Shown: positions 49,595-60,728 of the stretch, piece by piece | Numbering within the stretch: position 1 is the stretch's first letter | Layout of the letters: the number at the start of each line of letters is the position of its first letter | DNA from: Bacilli bacterium | GTDB taxonomy: Bacteria; Bacillota_I; Bacilli_A; RF39; UBA660 | Direction of reading: 5' to 3' | Assembly: GCA_050948885.1 (NCBI GenBank) | Contig: JBMNER010000003.1 | Coordinates: 15,820-79,819 of the forward strand | DNA length: 64,000 nucleotides | Notes under the pieces: generated by a model | What the model was told of the DNA's origin: nothing | Database searches by the model: none | What the model saw: only the letters and a program-made list of their open reading frames with translations | Translations under genes and position numbers: made by a program

Positions 49595-50318
49595 GGTATC
49601 TCTCCTTACTAATATCTTTTACCGTTTCTAACGCTAATTTAATTGCTTGACCTAATGACCTTTCACGCTCCAAAGCGGAGATTTTCTCACCAGTCGCGAT
49701 TATATCAACCACCGATAATAGACAAGCCGCTTCTTTATTTAAAACATTAGCGATATGAAATAACGCAAAAGCCTCCATTTCAACCGCTAAATAATTATAC
49801 TGGGGGGGAACTATCTCCCCAGGCTTTAAATCTGTATAAAAAACATCACTACTCATAATATTACCTCTGGTTATATTTATATCAAGCTTTTTAGCTGATT
49901 CTTCTATTTTATTATTTAAATTTAGACTCGCTTTAGTTACCTTTTCCGGGTAATTACTTAACTCATAAGCAAAAGTTGATTCACTATAACTTTGATCAAC
50001 TAAGATTAAATCATATAAATTTAAAGCGGGATGATAAGCCCCGCAAGAACCTATTCTTATAATAATTTTAACATCATAAAATTTATATAATTCATAAGCA
50101 TAAATACCGATACTCGGCATCCCCATTCCTGAGCCCATTACTGATACCCGTGTTCCCTGATAATAACCGGTATAACCAAGCATATTACGAACGGTATTAA
50201 ATATAACCGGGTTATCTAAATAATTATCGGCAATAAACTTAGCCCTTAATGGGTCTCCGGGCATTAATACAATCTCCGCAATTTCCCCCTTTTTAGCCTC
50301 AATATGTGGTGTGGTCAT
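49575..50318 (-). CDS. deoD: Purine nucleoside phosphorylase, upstream copy
   Basis: Same motifs; first 139 aa identical to the downstream copy. Confidence 0.93.
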   Translation of the reverse strand: MTTPHIEAKKGEIAEIVLMPGDPLRAKFIADNYLDNPVIFNTVRNMLGYTGYYQGTRVSVMGSGMGMPSIGIYAYELYKFYDVKIIIRIGSCGAYHPALNLYDLILVDQSYSESTFAYELSNYPEKVTKASLNLNNKIEESAKKLDINITRGNIMSSDVFYTDLKPGEIVPPQYNYLAVEMEAFALFHIANVLNKEAACLLSVVDIIATGEKISALERERSLGQAIKLALETVKDISKERYHDHTTY

Positions 50319-50410
50319 TTTATTACTTTCCTCTCTTATTATGAGTCTATTATAACATTATTATTATTTTTAGGGAATGAACATAACAAAAAAGATTACG
50401 AATGTAATCT

Positions 50411-52582
50411 TTATTCTTCCTCCTCTTGGTCTTTTAATTTAATTAATACTTCACGCGGCTTTGAACCACGAGCCGGCCCAATAATACCTCTTTCTTCTAA
50501 TAAATCAACAATACGGGCTGCCCGGTTATAGCCAACGCGATATTGCCTTTGAATTAATGAAGCACTCGCTTTTTGATTTTTAATAATAAATTCAACAATA
50601 TCATTATATAAAGGATCATCATATTCCTCTTCATAATCAATATCAATCGGTTCTTTTTCTTCCAGCTTCATTAATTTATCATCATATTGCGCTGTTTGTT
50701 GATTAATAACAAAATTAATTATTTTATTTATTTCTTCCTCCGAAATAAAAGCCCCTTGTAATCTTAACGGTGTACTCTCGCCCATTGGTAAAAATAACAT
50801 ATCGCCCTTCCCTAGTAATTTTTCGGCTCCGGTCATATCCAAGATGGTTCGTGAATCAATACTACTACTGACCGCAAAAGATATTCTTGAGGGAATATTA
50901 GCTTTAATTAAACCAGTAATAACATCAGTCGAAGGCCTTTGGGTAGCCACAATTAAATGAATACCGGCGGCTCTCGCTAATTGGGTAATTCGCGTGATAG
51001 AATCTTCTACCTCTCTAGCGGCAACCAACATTAAATCAGCTAATTCATCGATAATAACAATAATATAAGGCATATTCTCTAACTTTTCACCAAGGCGCTT
51101 ATTTTTATTTTGAACATATAAATTATAACCAGCAATATTTTTAACCCCTGCGGCGTTAAAACGACTATAACGATCATCCATTTCACTTACTATCTTTCGT
51201 AAAGCCAAGGCGGCTCGTTTGGCATCAGTTACTACTGGTACTAAAAGATGAGGGATACCATTATAATTATTAAGTTCCACCTTTTTAGGGTCTATTAATA
51301 ATAACTTTACCTCATCCGGTTTAGTACGCATTAAAATAGACGCAATAATACAGTTAATACAAACTGATTTACCAGAACCGGTTGAGCCGGCAATTAAAAG
51401 ATGTGGCGTATTATTAATTTCCACAAAAATAGGGCGACCCATTATGTTTCTACCTAAAACGGCCAGTAATTTACTTTGCTTCATACTTGAGGGAATACTC
51501 TCAATCATTTCTCGCATGGTCACAACCGTTGTCTTCTCGTTGGGGATTTCCACTCCCACCGTACTTTTACCAGGAATAGGAGCCTGAATTCGAACCCCTT
51601 TCGCTGCTAAAGCTAGAGAAATTTCCCGGTTAATTCTAAGGAGCCGACTAACCATTGTCCCAGCTTTCAACTCCATTTCATACTGAGTTACATTGGGGCC
51701 AATATTAACCTCTACTACCTTACCATTGATTCTAAAGTCACCTAAGACTTTCTCTAAGACTTCAATGTTTTTGGTTATAGTGTCCTTATTAACATCCTCA
51801 CGATTTTTCTTAGCTGAATTTAGTAACGTCACTGGTGGTAAAGTATAACTTAAATCTTTACCGCCACTGAGATTATCACTCTCTACCTCTTTATGAACAT
51901 CATCTTTTATTTGGGTTAACTCATCCATACTAGAAATAATAATTTTCTTATCGTCTTCATATTTTTCCTCAACTTCTTTTAAATTTAAACTAATTTTCTT
52001 TCGCCAGTTAATCTTAAATAAGTCTTTTATTTTATTAAAAAGCCATTTAATACGGTCAATAATAGATATATCTGCAAAAATAATCACTCCGAAAAACAAT
52101 AAAAAGTAACCCACAATATAAGCGCCATCTAAATCAAACATTTTAACAAAAAGAAACGAAAAAAGAGCCCCTATTACACCACCACCGGCAATTAAATCCG
52201 GTTTAGCGGTGGCCGCCAAAAGGTTATTAATGGTTTCTGTAAAAATATTAATAACTTGGATATCATTACTTTTAACATATTCAATATGCGCAAAAACAAG
52301 CATACTAATAATAAAAAGGTATAAACCAACTAAACGGGAAACAAAAAAACTAGGCCACTCTCCCTTAATTGTGGTATAAGCACCAATAACAAATAAAGAA
52401 GCTAGAAAAAGGCCACCACCTGTTCCAACTAAAAACATCGCAAAGGAATAAATCATTCGACCAACAGGACCATAACGGCCAATACCAACAATGGCAATTA
52501 GTATTAATATTAAACCATGAAGTTCTTTACTGTAAACTAAATTATTAGTCTTCTTATCTTTTCTTTTTTTGTTTTTAGCCAT
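50411..52582 (-). CDS. ftsK: DNA translocase FtsK/SpoIIIE
   Basis: N-terminal TMs, GSTGSGKS, IDELADLM, ATQRPS, gamma domain GYNRAAR. Confidence 0.95.
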   Translation of the reverse strand: MAKNKKRKDKKTNNLVYSKELHGLILILIAIVGIGRYGPVGRMIYSFAMFLVGTGGGLFLASLFVIGAYTTIKGEWPSFFVSRLVGLYLFIISMLVFAHIEYVKSNDIQVINIFTETINNLLAATAKPDLIAGGGVIGALFSFLFVKMFDLDGAYIVGYFLLFFGVIIFADISIIDRIKWLFNKIKDLFKINWRKKISLNLKEVEEKYEDDKKIIISSMDELTQIKDDVHKEVESDNLSGGKDLSYTLPPVTLLNSAKKNREDVNKDTITKNIEVLEKVLGDFRINGKVVEVNIGPNVTQYEMELKAGTMVSRLLRINREISLALAAKGVRIQAPIPGKSTVGVEIPNEKTTVVTMREMIESIPSSMKQSKLLAVLGRNIMGRPIFVEINNTPHLLIAGSTGSGKSVCINCIIASILMRTKPDEVKLLLIDPKKVELNNYNGIPHLLVPVVTDAKRAALALRKIVSEMDDRYSRFNAAGVKNIAGYNLYVQNKNKRLGEKLENMPYIIVIIDELADLMLVAAREVEDSITRITQLARAAGIHLIVATQRPSTDVITGLIKANIPSRISFAVSSSIDSRTILDMTGAEKLLGKGDMLFLPMGESTPLRLQGAFISEEEINKIINFVINQQTAQYDDKLMKLEEKEPIDIDYEEEYDDPLYNDIVEFIIKNQKASASLIQRQYRVGYNRAARIVDLLEERGIIGPARGSKPREVLIKLKDQEEEE

Positions 52583-52660
52583 TCATCCACCTCTTTTAAC
52601 TATCTCATTATTTATTATATATTAAATCAAAAAAGGATTCAATAACACCATTATCATACT

Positions 52661-54313
52661 TTAAACCTCTTGGACAACCGTAATTATCATTGGTTTACAA
52701 CCAGTCTCCTGGTATAAAAACTTACCTAATTCTTCACGCATTTGTTTTCTTATTTTATTATAATCAACATACTTTTTCTCTTTATCAATACTATCTAACA
52801 CTACCGTTAAAGCTATTTCTTCAATTTCCTTAATTAATTCAATGTTATTTTTTACATAAATAAAGCCCCGGGTTAGTATTTCCGGACCCGCTAGAATATT
52901 CTTGGTACGACGATCAACTGTTGTAGTAACAATAATAATACCACTATCGCGTAACATTTCCCGATCTTTTAAAACTAATTCTCCAATATCACCAGCTGAT
53001 TTGCCATCAATTAAGATATCATCAACACGGACTCGTTCAAAATTATGTTTTAATTGGCCATCAACTAACTCTACCACATCGCCATTTTGTTTTAACAAAA
53101 TATTATCCTTATCCATTCCTACTAGAGTAGCGGCCTTGGCATTGGCATATTGAAAGCGATACTCACCACTAACGGGAAGATAATATTTCGGATTAAGTAA
53201 GTTTAACATTAACATTAAATCTTCTCTTGATGGATGATATAAAAGATGTTCCTTAGCCGATAAGGTAATAATATCAGCGCCTAATCGCGCTATATTATCA
53301 GCAATTCTTGTCGCCGTTTTTTCCATTCCTTCAATTACGGGTTCTGTAATCAGTACTGTATCAGACTGACTCAACTTAATATACTTATCATAACCATTTA
53401 CAATTCGTTCAATATTCGCAAACGGTTTCTCTCTTTCATCTGATACCATAATAACAATATTTTGATCATTAATATTAGTTAAATCCCCGATTCTTTTCTT
53501 ATCAAAGGATAAGTACTTCATATCAATGGCCCAATGAATAATATTTTGTAACCTTTTACCCATAATAACAACCTTACAGTCGGTACGCATAACTTCAGCC
53601 AGTAACTCTTGAATACGATGTAGATGAACTGACATAACCACAAAAATAAGTCTGTTTTCTTGTTGTAATAATTTCTGTTTTACTATATCCGCTAGACGGT
53701 GATTAGGACTGGTATGACCAACCTTATCCGCATAAGAAGATTCGGCTAATAAACAAAGAACCCCTTGTTTACCAAGATAAGCTAATTTACCAACATCAGT
53801 TCGATATAACTTATCCATCGTCCAATCAAAAGTAAAATCACCCGTATAAAAAATAATACCATCTTTGGTATACAAAGCATAACCAACGGTATCTGGTACC
53901 GAATGTGTAAGACTAACTGGAAAAATAGCGTTTTCCTGAAAGTTTATTTTACGATGGGGCTTAATTTCTACCAAATTATTAGATGGTAATTTTTCCATCG
54001 CCAATTCTTTTTTTAACACTTCTAAAGTAAATTTAGTACCATAAACTTTTAAAGCGGGTATTTCTTTAACAATATCATAAACAGCCCCTATGGCTTCATC
54101 ATGACCATGGGTCAAAAAAATACCTTTGATTCTTTTTTGATTATCTTTAAGATAATCAAAATTAGGAATGATATAATCAATCCCCAACAAGCGCTCATCA
54201 GCGCGTTTTAAACCTGCATCAAAAACAAAAATATCTTTATCTACTTCAATTATATACATATTTTTACCAATTTCATTTAAACCGCCTAAAGCCATAATTT
54301 TTATTTGACTCAT
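52661..54313 (-). CDS. rnjB: Ribonuclease J (J2-like, degenerate active site)
   Basis: GGLNEIGKN, THGHDEAIG in place of HxHxDH, HSVPD, RGFIY. Confidence 0.8.
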   Translation of the reverse strand: MSQIKIMALGGLNEIGKNMYIIEVDKDIFVFDAGLKRADERLLGIDYIIPNFDYLKDNQKRIKGIFLTHGHDEAIGAVYDIVKEIPALKVYGTKFTLEVLKKELAMEKLPSNNLVEIKPHRKINFQENAIFPVSLTHSVPDTVGYALYTKDGIIFYTGDFTFDWTMDKLYRTDVGKLAYLGKQGVLCLLAESSYADKVGHTSPNHRLADIVKQKLLQQENRLIFVVMSVHLHRIQELLAEVMRTDCKVVIMGKRLQNIIHWAIDMKYLSFDKKRIGDLTNINDQNIVIMVSDEREKPFANIERIVNGYDKYIKLSQSDTVLITEPVIEGMEKTATRIADNIARLGADIITLSAKEHLLYHPSREDLMLMLNLLNPKYYLPVSGEYRFQYANAKAATLVGMDKDNILLKQNGDVVELVDGQLKHNFERVRVDDILIDGKSAGDIGELVLKDREMLRDSGIIIVTTTVDRRTKNILAGPEILTRGFIYVKNNIELIKEIEEIALTVVLDSIDKEKKYVDYNKIRKQMREELGKFLYQETGCKPMIITVVQEV

Positions 54314-54471
54314 TTTAACCTCCTTGTATAATTTAAAGTAATAACTTAATTAATTATAACAAAAAAAAGGCTAAAAAGATAGTCATTTTCGTTAGTACTA
54401 TCACCCTTTTTTAAGTACATCTAATTAAGAATTTTAAATAAAAAATAAGGTCCCTTTTAACAACCAAATAA

Positions 54472-55335
54472 TTATTGATGCTTTTCATCTAAATGCTTAA
54501 CTAATGGTTCAATTTTATAACCTTTCATTTTTATATAATTAATAATGGTCGGGAGTTCCCGTATGACATTATTAGTTATATTAAAACTAATAATATTACC
54601 CGGCATAAGTTCTTTTTTTACCTCTCGATATGGTGAATTATTAACAACAATAGTGGGTTTAATGGTGTGCATTTTTTTATCCCCACATAAATTAAGGACT
54701 AGATTGTTCTTTTTCTCCACATAACAATACTTCGGTCTTATATCAGTCTTTTGTTTTAGTTTATTATTAGTCCATAATAGGAAATCCTCATCATAATTAC
54801 CTTCATAACCAAGATTAGCAAGCTCATGATTATCGCTGGTTAACTTATTTATAATTGACCAATTATTTTCGAGCCACTTACCATCAATAAAAAAGGTTAC
54901 CATAACCTGCTTGGCCTTTAGCACCTCTAACACGGGTTGAATATCATCATCCTGATCAACCTTAAAAACTAAGGAAACAGTACCCTTTATCTTATTACCA
55001 CTAATAATATACTTATCATAAATATTATTAATGGATAATATAGGGGCTTGTTCCTTAAAAATGAGTAGTTTTTCATTAAAAGTTCCTAAGCGCTTCATAT
55101 TATTATAACTCTTCTCAACATCTATTATTAAACCATTATAACCGGGAATAATATAACTATCATTTAAAATCTCCGCCTCAGCCGCTTCGACATTATACAA
55201 ATCTAAAATCTCATATATTTCTTGCCTTATTGGGTCAAGTTCCTTAACCACCGTTAGGGCTTTTTCCGTATAAAAAAAACTAAAGCATACTAAAGTGATA
55301 AAACCTAATATCTCAAAGACTTTTCGCATTATCAT
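54472..55335 (-). CDS. Polysaccharide deacetylase family protein (YlxY-like)
   Basis: IPGYNG, TFFIDGKW, HELAN; follows pnp. Confidence 0.75.
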   Translation of the reverse strand: MIMRKVFEILGFITLVCFSFFYTEKALTVVKELDPIRQEIYEILDLYNVEAAEAEILNDSYIIPGYNGLIIDVEKSYNNMKRLGTFNEKLLIFKEQAPILSINNIYDKYIISGNKIKGTVSLVFKVDQDDDIQPVLEVLKAKQVMVTFFIDGKWLENNWSIINKLTSDNHELANLGYEGNYDEDFLLWTNNKLKQKTDIRPKYCYVEKKNNLVLNLCGDKKMHTIKPTIVVNNSPYREVKKELMPGNIISFNITNNVIRELPTIINYIKMKGYKIEPLVKHLDEKHQ

Positions 55336-55422
55336 ATCACCTAATAGATTATATGAATAACTAGGTTTTTTATTGCTTATTTAGGCACAAAAAAATCTCT
55401 GTTTGAGAGATTTTTATAATAA

Positions 55423-57528
55423 TTATTTTAAAGCTTCTCGGCGTGATAAATTAAGACGACCTTTGCGATCATAACCAATCGCCTTAACAATTATTTCATC
55501 ACCTAATTTAACCACAGCCCCAACCCGTTCAACACGTTTACTATCTAAATGTGATATATGTACTAAACCGTCACACCCAGGCCATAACTCAACAAAGCAA
55601 CCAAATTCTTCTATACGAACCACTTTTCCTGTATAAATTTTACCATCTTCAACTTCCCTTACTAAATCTTCAATCATGCCTAAAGCTTTATCAATCATAG
55701 CGTAATCTTTATGATAAACAATTACACGGCCATCATCTTCAATATCAATTTTGACATCATCACATTGGTCAATAATATTAGTAATGGTTTCGCCCCCACG
55801 CCCAATAACATCTTTAATTTTAGTTGGTTTAATTTGAATCTGTTTAATCTTTGGCGCATACTTACTAAGTTCCTTCCGAGGCTTACTAATTGTCTTTGTC
55901 ATATTATCAAGAATTGCTAATCGGCCAATTCTAGCTTGTTCTAAAGCTTCCTCTAAGATTTCTAGTGTAATCCCTTTTATTTTAATATCCATTTGTAAAG
56001 CACAAATGCCATTTTTCGTGCCAGCCACCTTAAAGTCCATATCCCCCCTAAAATCCTCTAATCCTTGAATATCGGTTAATATGGTATACTGCTTATCTTT
56101 CATTATCAAACCCATCGCAATACCAGCCACTGGCGCTTTAATTGGTACCCCGGCTGCCATTAATGATAAACAACCAGCACAGATACTGGCCTGACTAGTT
56201 GAACCATTACTCTCCAGAATTTCTGATACAACCCTAATAGTATATGGAAATTCCTCTTCACTAGGTATAACTTGTAACAAGGCTCTCTCACCCAAAGCCC
56301 CATGCCCTACTTCCCTCCTATTGGGGGGTCCATAACGGCCGGTTTCCCCAACACTAAAAGAAGGGAAATTATAATGAAGCATAAAACGTTTGCCTTCCTC
56401 AATGCCAAGGCCATCTAAGATTTGATGTTCACCTATGGCTCCTAAAGTAGTCGTACTTAAGGCTTGGGTCTGGCCTCTGGTAAATAAAGCGGAGCCATGA
56501 GTTCTTCCTAAAACATCAATTTGTGATGATAAAGGTCTAATTTCTTTAGCCTTACGCCCATCCGGTCTAATCTTCTCTTCAACAATTAAACGGCGCACCT
56601 CATGATATTCAATTTCTTCTAATACCAATTCGGCTTGTTTTAATATTTCCGTTAATTCTTTATCATCCTTATATTCAACCATTATCTTATCTAATACTTC
56701 ATTAGTAATGGTATTAATTAATTGTTCCCGCTTAATTTTATTTTTTTCTAATAACGCTTTAGCTAATTTAGCCTTACTCATTTCGGTTACTTTTTCTCTT
56801 AATTCAGGAGACGGTATAAATAAAGAATAGTCTTTCTTTGGTAATCCAACGGCTTTAATAATGGCTTCTTGGAAACTAATTAACTCTTTAATAGCCTTAT
56901 GCCCAAACATAATTGCTGCCAACATATCCTTTTCGCTTATTTCCTTACTACCGGCTTCCACCATATTAATTGAATCCTTAGTACCCGCCACAATTAAATC
57001 AAGATCACTTTGTTCTAGCTCATCGGTCGTTGGGTTAATAATAAACTTCCCCTTAACGCGGCCTATATTAACTCCGGCGACTGGCCCTTGAAAAGGGATA
57101 TTACTTATGCCTAAAGCTAATGATGAACCAAGTAACGCCATCATTTCTGGTGAATTATCCTGATCAACTGATAAAACCGTATTAATAATTTGAGTATCAT
57201 TCATAAAACCAGTTGGAAATAAAGGTCTAATCGGGCGATCAATCAAGCGCGCTGTTAAAGTCGCATTTTCCGTTGGTCGTCCCTCCCTTTTAATAAATCC
57301 ACCCGGAATTTTACCAACCGCATATAATCGTTCTTGATACAGAACCATTAACGGGAAATAATCATAATTAACTATGTCTTCCTTAACTACCACCACACTT
57401 AAAACAGCCGTGTCTTCATATCTAACTAACACTGACCCATTAGTTTGTTGGGCTAATTCCCCCACCTCCACCGTAATCTTTCTACCTCTAAAATCAAAAT
57501 CAAACTTTTTTCTTGCCATTATTCGCAC
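55423..57528 (-). CDS. pnp: Polyribonucleotide nucleotidyltransferase
   Basis: [36 protein letters not shown]; KH and S1 domains. Confidence 0.97.
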   Translation of the reverse strand: MRIMARKKFDFDFRGRKITVEVGELAQQTNGSVLVRYEDTAVLSVVVVKEDIVNYDYFPLMVLYQERLYAVGKIPGGFIKREGRPTENATLTARLIDRPIRPLFPTGFMNDTQIINTVLSVDQDNSPEMMALLGSSLALGISNIPFQGPVAGVNIGRVKGKFIINPTTDELEQSDLDLIVAGTKDSINMVEAGSKEISEKDMLAAIMFGHKAIKELISFQEAIIKAVGLPKKDYSLFIPSPELREKVTEMSKAKLAKALLEKNKIKREQLINTITNEVLDKIMVEYKDDKELTEILKQAELVLEEIEYHEVRRLIVEEKIRPDGRKAKEIRPLSSQIDVLGRTHGSALFTRGQTQALSTTTLGAIGEHQILDGLGIEEGKRFMLHYNFPSFSVGETGRYGPPNRREVGHGALGERALLQVIPSEEEFPYTIRVVSEILESNGSTSQASICAGCLSLMAAGVPIKAPVAGIAMGLIMKDKQYTILTDIQGLEDFRGDMDFKVAGTKNGICALQMDIKIKGITLEILEEALEQARIGRLAILDNMTKTISKPRKELSKYAPKIKQIQIKPTKIKDVIGRGGETITNIIDQCDDVKIDIEDDGRVIVYHKDYAMIDKALGMIEDLVREVEDGKIYTGKVVRIEEFGCFVELWPGCDGLVHISHLDSKRVERVGAVVKLGDEIIVKAIGYDRKGRLNLSRREALK

Positions 57529-57563
57529 TCCTTCTTAAAAGAAAAACACTCAAAAAAGAGTGC

Positions 57564-57833
57564 CTACTTTCTTAATCCTAATTTTTTAACTACATCGCGG
57601 TATTTAGTAACATCTTCCTTCGCTAAATAATTTAGTAAACGACGACGTTGACCAACTTTTTTTAATAACCCACGTTTAGAATGATAATCATGAGTATGTT
57701 TATTCAAGTGTTCCGTTAAAGCCGTAATTTCCTTTGTTAATATAGCTATTTGCACTTCCGGTGAACCAGTATCACCCTTACCACGCGCGTATTGTTTAAT
57801 AATTTCTTCTTTCTGTTTAGTAGTTAAAGCCAT
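57564..57833 (-). CDS. rpsO: 30S ribosomal protein S15
   Basis: [25 protein letters not shown]. Confidence 0.98.
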   Translation of the reverse strand: MALTTKQKEEIIKQYARGKGDTGSPEVQIAILTKEITALTEHLNKHTHDYHSKRGLLKKVGQRRRLLNYLAKEDVTKYRDVVKKLGLRK

Positions 57834-57858
57834 TTTGTTCCTCCTTATTTTTTATTTG

Positions 57859-57901
57859 CCTAATCCTAGTTATAGTCGGAGAGCCATTAACCACGATTAG
57901 G
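57859..57901 (-). promoter_or_regulatory. Structured rpsO leader (candidate S15 autoregulatory RNA)
   Basis: Hairpin CCTAATC-G-TGGTTA..TAACTA-G-GATTAGG between a TATAAT-like box and the RBS. Confidence 0.55.
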
Positions 57902-57998
57902 TAATCATTATATAATATACAAAATATCTTATGAAAAAGCAAGTTTTTTCTTATAAGATTATTTTGTCAATTACAAAGTAATCTTTTAATTAATAAAA

Positions 57999-58346
57999 TT
58001 AATCTTCCTTTATTTTTTCAATAATCCGTTCTATTTTATTACCATAGGCGATAGATTCATCATAAACAAACTTTACTTCCGGCATTTTTCTAAGTTGCAC
58101 ACGGCCACATAGTTCCTTGCGAACAAAACGACTCGCCTTCTCTAGACTATTAGTTATAACTTCTTTCTTATTATCATCTAAAACGGTGAAATAAATTTTC
58201 GCTAAACTTAAATCTCTAGTAACATCAGCCCCAGTAATAGTAACAAACTTGATTGTCTCATCTTTTATTTCTTCGGCTAAAATTTTACTTACCTCTCTAA
58301 CAAAAAGGGTTGCTAGACGTTCACTTCTAATACTCATATTTATCAC
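57999..58346 (-). CDS. rbfA: Ribosome-binding factor A
   Basis: VTRDLSLAKIY, LRKMPEVKFVYDES. Confidence 0.95.
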   Translation of the reverse strand: MINMSIRSERLATLFVREVSKILAEEIKDETIKFVTITGADVTRDLSLAKIYFTVLDDNKKEVITNSLEKASRFVRKELCGRVQLRKMPEVKFVYDESIAYGNKIERIIEKIKED

Positions 58347-58348
58347 CT

Positions 58349-60448
58349 TTATCTTTTTATAGCTACCATTTCATAGGCTTCAATAATGTCCTTTTCCTTC
58401 ATGTCATGACACTTATCAATCGTAATACCGCATTCAAAACCTTGCTTTACCTCTTTAACGGCGTCCTTCTCCCTTTGGATAGTACTAATATCCCCATCAA
58501 AAATAACCATACCATCCCTTATTACTCTGGCTTTGGCTCCTTTTTTTATGATACCACTATTAATATAACAACCGGCAATATTACCGACTTTAGAAAACTT
58601 AAATATTTTCCTTATTTCTGCTTGCCCCAAAATATTTTCCTCATATTCTGGATCTAGCATACCTTTCATCGCTAAAGTCATTTCCTCAATTATCTTATAA
58701 ATAACAGTATGTAACCTAATATCAACATTATATTCTTTAGCCACTTCTTGGGTTTTCGCTGATGGGCGAACATTAAAACCAATAATAATCGCCTCGGAAG
58801 CATTCGCTAAAACAATATCACTCTCACTAATATTTCCAACACTACTTCTAATTACATTAACTTTAATACCTTCAACATCAATTTCCACTAAAGCTTGCTT
58901 TATAGCTTCCTCACTACCCCGCATATCCGCTTTTAAAATAACATTTATTTCCTTAATTCCATCTTGGATTTTTTTAAATAAATCATCTAATGATAACGCG
59001 GTTCCCTTTTTAGATAAAGTAGCCAACTTTCTTTGACGCATTTCCGCAATCGTGCGGGCTTTCTTTTCACTTTCAAAAGCCATAAATTTATCACCCGCCA
59101 CCGGCACATCATTTAAACCAATAATCTCTACTGGTAAAGATGGTGGTGCTTCTACTATTGGTTGATTTAAATCATTAATCAAAGTTCTAACCTTACCGTA
59201 TGTGGTGCCAACAACAATTGGGTCCCCTAACCTTAAGGTCCCATTTTGAATTAATAAGGTAGTTACCACACCAACTTTTTTATCTAAGCGTGATTCAATA
59301 ACAGTACCCCTGGCATAGCGATGTGGATTAGCCTTTAATTCTAGCATCTCACTAATTAATAAAATATTATCTAACAATTCGTTAATACCATCGCCACGAG
59401 CAGCCGATATTTTACTAATTAGAGTTTCCCCACCCCATTCTTCTGGCATAATACCACAGTCCGCTAAATCCTTTAAAATACGTTCTATATTAGCGCCTTG
59501 TTTATCCATCTTATTAATGGCTACAATAATAGGTGCCCCCGCCGCTTTAGCGTGATCAATTGCTTCTTTGGTTTGAGGCATAACTCCATCATCAACCGCC
59601 ACAATAATAATAACGATATCAGTTACACTAGCCCCTCTGGCTCTCATTTCGGTAAAAGCTTCATGACCAGGAGTATCAATAAAAGTTATCTTTTTACCCT
59701 GATAACTAACTTGATAAGCCCCAATATGTTGCGTAATCCCACCCGCTTCACCTAGGGCTACCTTAGTTTTTCTAATTGTATCTAATAAAGTAGTTTTACC
59801 ATGATCAACATGGCCCATAATAGTTACCACTGGTGGCCTTTCCACTAAAGACTTTTCATCATCATTATCTTCAAAGGCTTCAAAATTACTTTCATCTTGG
59901 GTTTCGGCTCTTTTTAAAATCTTATTATACTCAAGAATAATTATCTCGGCATTCTCATAACTAATAACACTATTAATATTAACCATAATACCTAAACTTA
60001 TTAACTTCTTTAAAAACTCCGCCGGACTAATATTAAGAGCAGTCGCTAGATCAGTAACCGTCATTTGGTCATGATATAAAACAACATCATCGTCTAGTTC
60101 GGGGCTGATATTAGTAGTTAATTTATCTTTTCTTTTATACATCTTCTTGCGTTCTTTAGCATAAGTAAAATTATCTTCTGAAGATACCTTTTTAGCCTTT
60201 GTTTTTTTTGGTTGTTTAGGTGGGGCCATAGTTAAATCTTCGTCACCACTAACAAACTCATCATCTGAGTCCTCAAAAACATCCTCTTCTTGGGTTAAAG
60301 CCGCAAACACAGAATCCAGCATGATGATAGCTTCCTCATCTAAAATATCTTCTTGGCGTGAAACATCAATGCCTAGTTTCTTACACTCAGTTAAAATATC
60401 CATCGCTGATTTTTTCACCTCTAAAGCATATTCTAAGACACTCATCAT
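58349..60448 (-). CDS. infB: Translation initiation factor IF-2
   Basis: GHVDHGKTT, GGITQHIGAY, DTPGHEAF, NKMD. Confidence 0.98.
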   Translation of the reverse strand: MMSVLEYALEVKKSAMDILTECKKLGIDVSRQEDILDEEAIIMLDSVFAALTQEEDVFEDSDDEFVSGDEDLTMAPPKQPKKTKAKKVSSEDNFTYAKERKKMYKRKDKLTTNISPELDDDVVLYHDQMTVTDLATALNISPAEFLKKLISLGIMVNINSVISYENAEIIILEYNKILKRAETQDESNFEAFEDNDDEKSLVERPPVVTIMGHVDHGKTTLLDTIRKTKVALGEAGGITQHIGAYQVSYQGKKITFIDTPGHEAFTEMRARGASVTDIVIIIVAVDDGVMPQTKEAIDHAKAAGAPIIVAINKMDKQGANIERILKDLADCGIMPEEWGGETLISKISAARGDGINELLDNILLISEMLELKANPHRYARGTVIESRLDKKVGVVTTLLIQNGTLRLGDPIVVGTTYGKVRTLINDLNQPIVEAPPSLPVEIIGLNDVPVAGDKFMAFESEKKARTIAEMRQRKLATLSKKGTALSLDDLFKKIQDGIKEINVILKADMRGSEEAIKQALVEIDVEGIKVNVIRSSVGNISESDIVLANASEAIIIGFNVRPSAKTQEVAKEYNVDIRLHTVIYKIIEEMTLAMKGMLDPEYEENILGQAEIRKIFKFSKVGNIAGCYINSGIIKKGAKARVIRDGMVIFDGDISTIQREKDAVKEVKQGFECGITIDKCHDMKEKDIIEAYEMVAIKR

Positions 60449-60468
60449 ATCGGTTCACCTTCTTTCTT

Positions 60469-60726
60469 TTAAATTATATTGTCTAACTCAGCAAATATCC
60501 AATCAGGCACCTTAACTTCTAGATGCTTATCTAAAATCTTATTAACTTTCGCTTTATTAAAAACATCCTTATCCCTCTTCAGATAAGCACCCCGTCCATT
60601 AGCTTTACCAGTTAAATCAATTTTAACATTACCCTGGTTATCCCGGACAATTCTGATTAGTTCTTTCTTTGGTAACTTTTCTTTTGTCACCACACAAGTT
60701 CGTAAAGGAATCTTTCTTGTTTTCAA
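60469..60726 (-). CDS. ylxR: YlxR/RnpM family RNA-binding protein
   Basis: PLRTCVV..KKELIRIV..GRGAY. Confidence 0.92.
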   Translation of the reverse strand: MKTRKIPLRTCVVTKEKLPKKELIRIVRDNQGNVKIDLTGKANGRGAYLKRDKDVFNKAKVNKILDKHLEVKVPDWIFAELDNII

Positions 60727-60728
60727 AT

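Noticed and set aside
3717-60515. Many short ORFs antisense to or nested in long genes (for example 3717, 5463, 9133, 10325, 28003, 29387, 52902)
   Set aside because: Shadow frames of well-supported genes with no motifs of their own.
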